DNA from: Phycisphaerales bacterium UBA5793
GTDB taxonomy: Bacteria; Planctomycetota; Phycisphaerae; Phycisphaerales; UBA5793
Assembly: GCA_002418285.1 (NCBI GenBank)
Contig: DIDT01000057.1
Coordinates: forward strand, 78,958-142,957
Length of the DNA stretch: 64,000 nt
Direction of reading: 5' to 3'
Positions 56,827 to 64,000 of this stretch are shown piece after piece. Below the pieces are notes generated by a model. The model made no database searches. It had not been told where the DNA came from and saw only the letters and a program-made list of their open reading frames with translations. Each line of letters opens with the position of its first letter. Within the stretch, counting starts at the first letter, position 1. The position numbers and the translations under genes are program-made.

Positions 56827-57918
56827 TCAACCCGGCCCGGGCCGGCGTTCTTCCAGCCGTTTTTGTAGCACTTCGTTAAGTGCGCCCGCATCAGGGCAGT
56901 CTTCCTCGTGCCCAAGTCGACCCATCCGGATGGCCAGCTCCTTCGCCTCCTCGAAAGTCACTTGGTTGACGAAGCCCTCGATCCACGAAACTGGTTCGAG
57001 TCTGGCAACGGAAGTCAGGAAGACATACCCCTCCGCCGCCTCGTCCAGAGATGATCCTCGCCCCAGCATCTGAAAGTACAAACAGTCGTCCCGACGCAAG
57101 TCTGCCAGCGGCGAGCCCTTGATCGTGACGCCCCAGGGCTTCGGCGAACCGGCAAGGATTTCCTCCATCATGGCCGTGAACGGAGAGACCTCGCCCGGCC
57201 CCGGAAAGTTGTGATGCAACGCGACCTGAAAGACCCGATCACCGTACTTCCTTCTGAGAACGGTGGCAAAGCGCTCTCCCTGCCCCGTCACACTGTGCGC
57301 AAACCCGACATGGGCCAGGACTTTTGTACCGGGGGTGGCGATCGCCGTTTCGAGGCTGGTAACCATGCAGTGTTCACGATCAAGCGTCATCTTGAACCGC
57401 TTCGCCGCACTGCCTTCCTTGAGCATGGCCAGTTGGTTCCATTCACTGTCCAGACCGACGATCCGCATCGTTGTCGCATCTGCGGGCAGCGTGTGGTTCA
57501 CCTTCCAAACGGCCTCGAAGATATCAAGGTACTCGCGATACCCCCAGATGACATTTGCTCCGTGCCGCATGAGATCGGTCGCCGCCGACTCGTCCCACTG
57601 CTCTGCCGTCAGCAGCGCATTCATCTGCTCGGTCTGGCTTGCCCGAAGGAACTCGCTGGCAATGACGCGCACGCCCGCCGTCTTGTACACAGCATCCACA
57701 AGATCCGCCACAAAGCGGCAGTTGTCTGCCACTTCGTGAATCTCCCCGATAACCACGACATCGTGGGCATCAAAAAGACCCGAGACATACTCAACCGCCG
57801 GTCGGCCATTGGCTGCAACGTAATCCGCTTCGGCCGACCACATCTCACTCTTGTCTTGGGCAATGCCTCGCATTGTCAGTCCAAGCAGCAGCACTGGAAT
57901 CAGAATGGGGTGTCTCAT
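56827..57918 (-). CDS. secreted protein, ChaN/Tiki/erythromycin-esterase-superfamily-like (tentative)
   Basis: 363 aa with signal peptide 'MRHPILIPVLLLGLTMRGIAQ'. 'HDVVVIGEIHEVADNCRFVADLVDAVYKTAGVRVIASEF' resembles the GE-x-H N-terminal motif of that superfamily. By-eye call. Confidence 0.4.
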   Translation of the reverse strand: MRHPILIPVLLLGLTMRGIAQDKSEMWSAEADYVAANGRPAVEYVSGLFDAHDVVVIGEIHEVADNCRFVADLVDAVYKTAGVRVIASEFLRASQTEQMNALLTAEQWDESAATDLMRHGANVIWGYREYLDIFEAVWKVNHTLPADATTMRIVGLDSEWNQLAMLKEGSAAKRFKMTLDREHCMVTSLETAIATPGTKVLAHVGFAHSVTGQGERFATVLRRKYGDRVFQVALHHNFPGPGEVSPFTAMMEEILAGSPKPWGVTIKGSPLADLRRDDCLYFQMLGRGSSLDEAAEGYVFLTSVARLEPVSWIEGFVNQVTFEEAKELAIRMGRLGHEEDCPDAGALNEVLQKRLEERRPGPG

Positions 57919-58116
57919 GCCTCGCTCCCTCCCGACAGCGTCTCAGAATCTTCCGCCCCGACAGGTGGTAAGCCCAAGACGGCAGCCCGAAACCAGCACT
58001 CCACCCTGATTTCGACCCAGGACAAGGAAATCGGGTTACCGCGTCGAGTCCTACGATCATGTGTGCTCGCCCACATCATTCTCTATGTCATTGCGGCATT
58101 CCTTGTCTTGGGGGGC

Positions 58117-59571
58117 ATGATCGCGGTGCACTTGGCGGCCTTCGCCGACCGCTCCACTGGTCGACCACGATGCCCGAACTGCTGGTACGACATGACTGGC
58201 AGCCGCGGGTTTGTCTGCCCCGAGTGTGGGCATGACGCTCTCAAGCAAAAGAACCTCCACCGAACACGCCGGTATCGCATGAAGGCGCTGCTCGGCACTC
58301 TCCTGGTCCTCAGCGGGTGCTCGCTCGCCGCTATCCCTACGGTTCAGGACCAGGGCTGGACGGCTCTTATCCCAACCACGGGGCTCATGATCGTTCTCCC
58401 CTGGTCGGACAACGAATGGGTGCTCAACGAGGTCGACGCGCGCGTCAACGCGACGAATCCTGAGTGGTTCAGGCGTCACAATCGTGAGATTTCTGAATAT
58501 GGAAGGTTCTTCGCCCATCGTTGCGCCGCAATCATCACGGCGGAGCGAAGCCAACCACTGCGACTCCGCGCCGTTCAGCTTCTTTCGGATATGCGATTGC
58601 GCGACGACACCGCTGAAAGAGCGCTCCTCAAAGCGACCGGGGATCCGGATCCGACGATCCGCATCGAAGCGCTCAACGCCATTGCGCAGGTCGCTGGCGC
58701 TCAGTCCATCATCGATCCTGGTCGGTGCGCCAAGCGGGTCGCCGAGTGTCTTATGGATACCCGAGTCGCCGTCCGTACTCGGGCGGCGCGTGTTTTCGAC
58801 TTTCTTCAACCACTCCATCCGGATGCCGTACCCCCGCTTATTGAAGCTCTCGCTGACGAGCGCGCGGAGGTTCGCTCAACCGTCTGCGACGTGCTCACCC
58901 AGTTTGGTCCATTGGCCGAGTCAGCTGTGCCCGCATTGATCAACCTCATTGATGACCCCTCTCGCGGCGTGAGTGCCAATGCAATGCGCGCCTTGGGTTC
59001 ATTGGGTATCGCAGCCACCCCGGCAGTAGACAAAATCATCCTGGCCCTCGACACGCATGACCGGAGGACGGACGCCGCACTGGTCGCGCTGGGCGACATG
59101 GGCCCAATCGCCATCCCCGCCGTTCCCCGTCTGACGGCAATGCTCACTGACGAGACCTTCTCCGCCCAGCACCGATTCGCAGCCGTACTGACACTGCAGG
59201 AGATTGATCCCTACAACGCCGATGTGCTGGCCGCCATGGAAATCGCTTCAAAGATCGATGATCTTGAGATCGCACGCTTGCGCGTTGCGACCGAGCTCGG
59301 CCGCTACCGCGCCGATGAACCCCGGCAGGTTCGAATTCTCCTCGGTATGCTGCATGATTCCGCCAGGCCAGTTCGCCAGGCCGCGGCGCTCTCGCTGGGC
59401 CGACTTGCGCCGCTCCGGCTGGATGAGATTGAACAACTCCAGCAATTGAGTAATGATGCCGACTTCATTGGTTGGGAAGAAGCCCAAAGCGCCTTGAGCC
59501 GGGCGATGGAGAAGCCGGACGCGGACAACAATGCAATCCTGGACAGCCCGCCGGCAGAATCGCGCCGATAG
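58117..59571 (+). CDS. zinc-ribbon / TM / HEAT-repeat protein
   Basis: Only the C-terminal part of the 786-aa track ORF is used. Start at ATG 58117, or GTG 58063, which would add a TM helix. 'RCPNCWYDMTGSRGFVCPECGHD', then TM 'ALLGTLLVLSGCSLAAI', then HEAT-like repeats ('DPDPTIRIEALNAIAQV', 'DERAEVRSTVCDVLTQFG', 'DPSRGVSANAMRALGSLG', 'DSARPVRQAAALSLGRL'). Confidence 0.6.
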   Translation: MIAVHLAAFADRSTGRPRCPNCWYDMTGSRGFVCPECGHDALKQKNLHRTRRYRMKALLGTLLVLSGCSLAAIPTVQDQGWTALIPTTGLMIVLPWSDNEWVLNEVDARVNATNPEWFRRHNREISEYGRFFAHRCAAIITAERSQPLRLRAVQLLSDMRLRDDTAERALLKATGDPDPTIRIEALNAIAQVAGAQSIIDPGRCAKRVAECLMDTRVAVRTRAARVFDFLQPLHPDAVPPLIEALADERAEVRSTVCDVLTQFGPLAESAVPALINLIDDPSRGVSANAMRALGSLGIAATPAVDKIILALDTHDRRTDAALVALGDMGPIAIPAVPRLTAMLTDETFSAQHRFAAVLTLQEIDPYNADVLAAMEIASKIDDLEIARLRVATELGRYRADEPRQVRILLGMLHDSARPVRQAAALSLGRLAPLRLDEIEQLQQLSNDADFIGWEEAQSALSRAMEKPDADNNAILDSPPAESRR

Positions 59572-59590
59572 TTCCATTCCTTGAAGCACC

Positions 59591-60523
59591 ATGCCCGAAC
59601 TACCTGAAGTCGAACATCTGCGCCAAACTCTCGCTCCCCGATTGATCGGTCGGACCATCAGCCGCGTCCATGTGAAACGTCGAGATATCGTCCGATCCCT
59701 CCCGGCCAGTCACAGCACAAACCACGGGCGATCGACCCGCCTGCGTCGCGGGCTTCTTGAAGATTGCCGTATCACTCAACTTCGGCGGTACGGCAAACAA
59801 CTGGCGATCATCGCGGATGGCAATACGCCCGTCCTCGTTGTTCAACTCGGCATGACGGGCCAACTACTCTTTATTCCCGCCGGCGACAAGCCGCACCGCA
59901 ACGACCACATTCACATCCGTTGGTCTGTGGTTTCCGATCCGCCGGGGGACCATCTGGTCTTTCGCGATCCTCGCCGCTTTGGCGGACTCACGCTTTGCGA
60001 CTCTCTGGCCGAACTCGAGTCACGCCATTGGGCCAACCTTGGATGCGATGCGCTCACCATCCGCCACCGCGATCTCCATGGCACGTTGGGCAAGACCCGT
60101 CGCGCCGTCAAGGCAGCCCTCCTCGACCAGCAAGTTATTGCTGGTGTTGGCAACATCTATGCCGACGAATCGCTCATTCGGGCTGGAATACACCCACTGC
60201 GACCTGCTTCGGATCTTCGCTTTGAGGAGACGCGAGACCTGGCTCGTGCTATTCGGTTGACTCTCAGACGCGCCATCCGCGCCGGCGGCACAACCATGCG
60301 CGACTACGTAGACGGGAACGGTCAGAGTGGGAGGAACCGAGCTGATCTTCTGGCCTACGCTCGCGGGGGCAAGCCGTGCCGATTCTGTGGTTCGGTGCTG
60401 CAACATATTGTGGTCTCGCAGCGAACGACAACCTTCTGCCCGAACTGCCAGCCGCTGTATTCGTCCACAGTGTGTCCACAAGCCCGAAAGGGCAGTCTGA
60501 CTGAGTTGCCTTCCACTGTGTGA
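59591..60523 (+). CDS. mutM: formamidopyrimidine-DNA glycosylase
   Basis: 310 aa. N-terminus 'MPELPEVE', H2TH 'LLDQQVIAGVGNIYADESL', zinc finger 'CRFCGSVLQHIVVSQRTTTFCPNCQ'. Confidence 0.88.
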   Translation: MPELPEVEHLRQTLAPRLIGRTISRVHVKRRDIVRSLPASHSTNHGRSTRLRRGLLEDCRITQLRRYGKQLAIIADGNTPVLVVQLGMTGQLLFIPAGDKPHRNDHIHIRWSVVSDPPGDHLVFRDPRRFGGLTLCDSLAELESRHWANLGCDALTIRHRDLHGTLGKTRRAVKAALLDQQVIAGVGNIYADESLIRAGIHPLRPASDLRFEETRDLARAIRLTLRRAIRAGGTTMRDYVDGNGQSGRNRADLLAYARGGKPCRFCGSVLQHIVVSQRTTTFCPNCQPLYSSTVCPQARKGSLTELPSTV

Positions 60524-60623
60524 GCGGCTCCACTTCTTCCAACCCGCGGACGAGAGTTGGGGCACCAAGACAGAACAGGAGAAGAGAAAACACTCTTCAT
60601 CACCGTTAATGGCCCTGTCAGTA

Positions 60624-60632
60624 TGTGGACAA
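60624..60632 (-). promoter_or_regulatory. DnaA-box match (TTGTCCACA on minus strand)
   Basis: Plus strand reads TGTGGACAA. This is a perfect match to the high-GC DnaA-box variant TTGTCCACA, which has one mismatch to TTATCCACA. Confidence 0.45.
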
Positions 60633-60775
60633 AGGAGCAAACTCTGGCAGAAACACTGGCCAAGACAGGAGTTACGCGCGAGATGACAGATGGGAAAACC
60701 TGTCAACTAGGTGACGAGAGCCAGTGGTTCGTTGTCACGCTGGTTGGTGAAGCTGTGAACCCTCGGTGAGTGCTT

Positions 60776-60784
60776 TGTGGATAC
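60776..60784 (-). promoter_or_regulatory. DnaA-box match (GTATCCACA on minus strand)
   Basis: Plus strand reads TGTGGATAC, one mismatch to TTATCCACA. Confidence 0.4.
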
Positions 60785-60845
60785 CCTTGAGGTCTCGCAG
60801 CACAGCTGTCGAATCAGAGGGGCGCGACCTTCGCTTCCCAACAAG

Positions 60846-60854
60846 TTGTACACA
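60846..60854 (+). promoter_or_regulatory. DnaA-box-like (TTGTACACA)
   Basis: One mismatch to TTGTCCACA. Confidence 0.3.
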
Positions 60855-61024
60855 CAGACGGTCAGGGTTGAATAGGACTTACACGAACCCGTTTTGATGC
60901 TCCTTTCAGGACTCCGGCTCAAGAGTGGAGCCAGCGCGTGCAAGTACATGAAAAGTCAATAGATAGTGGTAGATCGCAGCGGCTTTCCAAAGCCATTACT
61001 CAGTCACGACTGATCCTTGCGGCA

Positions 61025-61438
61025 ATGGCAACCGGAGTATTGGGGTTTGCGGCCATTGCGCTCGGGATGAACGCCACCCGAGGTCCACTGCTCGGCACCA
61101 GCCACGCACTGCCACAAATCCTTGCCGGCTTGGCGATGGCCTTGCTTGTCGGCGGAGTGGGCGTTGGTGTCATTCTGGCTCGTCGGTTGGACGCGAAGTC
61201 GCGCAACCTCGAACAAGTCCAGATCGAACAGATTACCGGGGCGGTCCTCGCCTTTGCCGCTTTGGTGGAAGGACCATCACTGCTGGCTGCGGTTGCGGCG
61301 TTGCTCGGAGGTGTGCCCTACCTCCTCATCACGGTGCTTGGATCAGCGGTGCTGCTCGTGCAGTGGATTCGCCTGCCCGATCGCATGCGAGAAATGGGCG
61401 GTCTCTCGGAGACCTCCACTTGGCGCTATCGCGGATAG
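61025..61438 (+). CDS. small four-helix membrane protein, family unknown
   Basis: Start set at ATG 61025 ('MATGVLGFAAIALGM'). The track ORF opens at 60938, inside the low-GC non-coding-looking region. Convergent with dnaA. Confidence 0.5.
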   Translation: MATGVLGFAAIALGMNATRGPLLGTSHALPQILAGLAMALLVGGVGVGVILARRLDAKSRNLEQVQIEQITGAVLAFAALVEGPSLLAAVAALLGGVPYLLITVLGSAVLLVQWIRLPDRMREMGGLSETSTWRYRG

Positions 61439-61457
61439 GTTCGAAATCGCCGCGCGC

Positions 61458-62942
61458 TCACGAGGATCGAATCGCCAGATCCCGCTCGATCATGTCAAGT
61501 CGGCGGTCCATCCCGGCATCGCCGGCACGCAGCCGACCGATCTTGTCGACGGCGTGCATCACGGTGGTGTGGTCACGGCCGCCAAAGAAACCGCCAATCT
61601 CCTGCAGGCTGTGGCTCGTGTGGCAACGCGCAAGGTACATCGCTACCTGCCGGGGGAGGGTTATTGACTTCTGGCGCCGCTTGGAGAAAAGATCGGTCTG
61701 CTTCACTTCGAATTGCCGGGCAACCGTCGAGATGATCGACTGGATATTGACGATCGGGGTGAGTGGTGTTGGCGCGTCACCCAACGCCTCCCGAGCCAGC
61801 TCGAGATCGATTACTCGATTCATCGCCATCGCAGTCGCCTGCAGTTGTGTCAGTGCTCCCTCGAGTTCACGGATGTTCGAGTCCGTGTGGTGGGCGACGT
61901 AGCAGAGCACATCATCTGGTAGGACCAGCCCACGCAACCTCGACTTGATGCGCAGAATGGCCAACCGGGTTTCGTAGCATGGCTTGTCCATTCGGGCCAC
62001 CAGTCCCGACTTGAAGCGACTCAACAGCCGGTCTTCCAGCTTCGGAATCTCGTTGGGGGCCGCATCCGAACTGAGCACGATCTGTTTGTGTGATTGCGAC
62101 AGGCTGTTGAAGGTATGAAAGAACTCTTCCTGTGTCCGTTCGTGCGCCGCGAGGAAATGGATGTCATCAACCACCAGCACATCGATGTCGCGAAACTTGT
62201 GACGGAACTGGAGCATCTGGCCCGCCTGCACCGCCTCCATAAACTGGCTCACAAACCCTTCGCACGAGACGTAGTAGATGCGGCAATCCGGATTGCTCGC
62301 AAGGATCGCCTGACAAATCGCTTGCAGCAGGTGCGTCTTACCCAGACCCACGCCGCTGTGAATGAAGAACGGGTTGTACGAGTTGCCTGGTTGCTGTGAC
62401 ACCGCGACCGCGGCCGCGTGTGCAAGGCGGTTGTTGGGCCCGACGATATAGGTCTCGAACGAGTAATCCGGGTTGATCACCATCTCGTCATACAGGGTGC
62501 CCCAGACGGTGCCGCCCGGCGTGCGCCCCGTGTTGCCGTTGAGTGGCGAAACGGGCTGGCGCGCGTGACCGTTGCCGTTGGTTGTGACGACTGTCGATAG
62601 TGATGCCGGCGGAGGGGGCTCCGCCGGAGTCGGCGGACGCAGGGTGAACGGTTCGATGTGAATCTGCGGCTGCGGCGGCAATTGTTCCGCCTCTTCGATC
62701 GAAACGAACACCACACTAAGTAGACGACCAGTAACGCTTTGCGCCGCTTCGCGGAAGATCTCGACGCACTCGCGCTGCAGGTAGCGCAGCTGCACCGGCT
62801 GGCCCGCGCTCAGCGTGAGCACTCCCGCCGCGAGATTGACGATTTCGATTTCTTCAAACCACTGGCGGCAGCGATCGGGATGATGCCGCCTCAAGTGCGC
62901 AAGAATCTCGTCCCAGATCATTGGATCGGGGTAAATTGGCAT
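61458..62942 (-). CDS. dnaA: chromosomal replication initiator DnaA
   Basis: Start set at 'MPIYPDPMIWDEIL' (cat 62940-62942); the ORF stays open to 63053. Walker A 'GVGLGKTHLL', Walker B 'VVDDIHFL', 'IRELEGAL', and DNA-binding domain 'ITLPRQVAMYLARCHTSHSLQEIGGFFGGRDHTTVMHAVDKI'. Confidence 0.92.
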   Translation of the reverse strand: MPIYPDPMIWDEILAHLRRHHPDRCRQWFEEIEIVNLAAGVLTLSAGQPVQLRYLQRECVEIFREAAQSVTGRLLSVVFVSIEEAEQLPPQPQIHIEPFTLRPPTPAEPPPPASLSTVVTTNGNGHARQPVSPLNGNTGRTPGGTVWGTLYDEMVINPDYSFETYIVGPNNRLAHAAAVAVSQQPGNSYNPFFIHSGVGLGKTHLLQAICQAILASNPDCRIYYVSCEGFVSQFMEAVQAGQMLQFRHKFRDIDVLVVDDIHFLAAHERTQEEFFHTFNSLSQSHKQIVLSSDAAPNEIPKLEDRLLSRFKSGLVARMDKPCYETRLAILRIKSRLRGLVLPDDVLCYVAHHTDSNIRELEGALTQLQATAMAMNRVIDLELAREALGDAPTPLTPIVNIQSIISTVARQFEVKQTDLFSKRRQKSITLPRQVAMYLARCHTSHSLQEIGGFFGGRDHTTVMHAVDKIGRLRAGDAGMDRRLDMIERDLAIRSS

Positions 62943-63132
62943 TGGAAAACGCTTTCCTAAAACGGAAGCCCGCGGATTTGAAAACTCCACCACCGAACAA
63001 GCCAAACCACGAGACAGAGCCATCCTCTGGCCAGCTTCGGTCCAACCGGACAAAGGTAATTCTTCTTCGCGTGTTTGTCAACCCCTAATCCACCGAATCA
63101 TCATACTTCTGCGAGACACGTGAAAGTTTTTT

Positions 63133-64000
63133 TCAACGCGCCTCGCTCGCCTCAGCCTCGGCGCACTGTCGCTCGTAGCGCGCGCGATTCTCAACATGAT
63201 CCATGAGCAGAAAAACGCGACGCGCGCCATCGGTCCCAAGTCGGTCGTGCAGCATCTTTTTGGCGAGACCAAGATTCGTGCGCCGCGAAATGTGTGTGAG
63301 CACTACGGCTTCAGCCTCAATGCGCTCGAGCAACTCCGCAATGTCGTCAACATGAACATGCTTGCCGATGACGGCCCGTTCTTTGTGCTCCGGTTCGAAG
63401 AAGGTGCACTCGATTACCAGGATCTTCGCTTTGCGCACAACATCCCCTAGCAGATGTGGTCCCGGGAGCGTGTCCCCAACATACGCGACAAGCGGCACGC
63501 GCAATTCGCGAGTGATCTCCGTACCCTCCATCTTCAGGTTGCGCAGTTTGTCCTGTGGCAAGCCAATGAACTCATCGCGCAACTTCGTCCGGCGCTCAAC
63601 TACACCCCAACCCACACTTGGAACGGTGTGATCCACATCAAACGGACTGAGGAACAGGTTGTTCTTGATCTCCGTTGTTTCACCCGGCGCCAGGCCGATG
63701 ATCTCATGCGTTGTGCGCTGCTGCTCCAGGTCGATCCAACCCTGCATCATGGCGCGTACAGCCGGCTCGATGCGTTTGTCGCACACGCAGGTTCCCATGC
63801 CCATGCCCTGAAACCAGCGCTGGCTGAAGTAGTACGGCAGGCCCGCGACATGGTCCATGTGGCCGTGCGTGAGCGCAATGTACTTCGCTGAGAGCATTGG
63901 ACGGCCACAAAGGCCAATGTCAAAGCAGACATCGAACTCTGGCACCATCACCGCGGTTGCTTCACCCGCAATTGAGTAGCCTTCGATGCGAAAGGGTGGG
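63133..64000 (-). CDS. MBL-fold metallo-hydrolase (RNase Z/BN-like), 5' end beyond window
   Basis: 'IALTHGHMDHVAGLPYY' (HxHxDH). The reading frame stays open upstream of the track ATG through the window edge ('PFRIEGYSIAGEATAVMMVPEFDVCFDIG'), so the CDS is partial. Confidence 0.7.
   Translation of the reverse strand, partial: PPFRIEGYSIAGEATAVMVPEFDVCFDIGLCGRPMLSAKYIALTHGHMDHVAGLPYYFSQRWFQGMGMGTCVCDKRIEPAVRAMMQGWIDLEQQRTTHEIIGLAPGETTEIKNNLFLSPFDVDHTVPSVGWGVVERRTKLRDEFIGLPQDKLRNLKMEGTEITRELRVPLVAYVGDTLPGPHLLGDVVRKAKILVIECTFFEPEHKERAVIGKHVHVDDIAELLERIEAEAVVLTHISRRTNLGLAKKMLHDRLGTDGARRVFLLMDHVENRARYERQCAEAEASEAR

Noticed and set aside
51880-57073. Long plus-strand ORFs 51880-52968, 53971-55098 and 56087-57073
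   Set aside because: Each is antisense to one of the BNR paralogues, whose signal peptides, Asp-boxes and mutual similarity support the minus strand.
57211-58060. First roughly 280 codons of the 786-aa plus-strand ORF
   Set aside because: They are antisense to the secreted ChaN-like gene. Protein-like features (zinc ribbon, TM, HEAT) begin only after about 58063.
60524-60940. RNase P RNA suggested by a roughly 400-nt span closed by a long-range stem
   Set aside because: Neither strand contains the universally conserved 'GGAAAGUCCGG' (CR-I) or 'ACAGAA.CCGGCUUA' (CR-V) segments.
60700-60980. tmRNA-like fragments on the minus strand, possibly a permuted ssrA
   Set aside because: Several points are in favour. 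'GAUUCGACAG...GCUGCGAG' (plus coordinates 60808-60815 and downstream) resembles the tmRNA 5' domain. An in-frame tail '...DNEPLALVT*' has its stop in a small hairpin loop. AGGUCGC (60830-60824) could pair with GCGAUCU-ACCA (60977-60967), including a G3:U70.

Against this, I find no T-arm (GGUUCGAnUCC-type loop) adjacent to the putative acceptor strand. There are 3 unpaired nt before it, no convincing P2 pairing, and the tag ending is atypical. It was assembled by flexible eye-matching and is therefore probably coincidence. ARAGORN or Rfam RF00023, RF01849, RF01850 and RF01851 would settle it.

Overview
GC-rich, gene-dense chromosomal window with about 58 supportable CDS. I recognised no rRNA, tRNA, CRISPR array or transposase. 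All family names come from reading the supplied translations by eye; no search was run. The gene content suggests a Planctomycetota/PVC-type genome, but this is inference only: expanded secreted propeller families, a MoxR-DUF58-BatA cluster and DUF4915.

Housekeeping genes are scattered throughout: purH, purA, ribE, pdxH, moaE, nth, mutM, hemW, an sthA-like gene, a DnaJ-family gene and dnaA.

Accessory and unusual content:
1. Three tandem paralogue arrays of secreted proteins: 2 transglutaminase-like, 3 FG-GAP and 4 BNR/Asp-box sialidase-like.
2. The FG-GAP and BNR families share a roughly 100-aa module at the extreme C-terminus of all seven proteins. This is a candidate undescribed sorting or attachment domain.
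3. A roughly 14-kb minus-strand cluster (MoxR, DUF58, BatA-N, VWA, a 1181-aa coiled-coil membrane protein, a Q-rich secreted protein, a prenyltransferase-fold protein and an NPCBM-like protein). Most junctions are 4-nt ATGA overlaps. A plus-strand DUF4258 two-gene cassette interrupts it.
4. A HepT/MntA toxin-antitoxin pair beside uncharacterised genes.
5. A DUF2064-receiver fusion.
6. A recurring zinc-ribbon plus transmembrane protein family.
7. A tetra-haem cytochrome c.
8. A roughly 500-bp lower-GC non-coding region near dnaA with three good DnaA-box matches, which is a candidate oriC.

Many long ORFs in the track are antisense shadows of real genes and were rejected.
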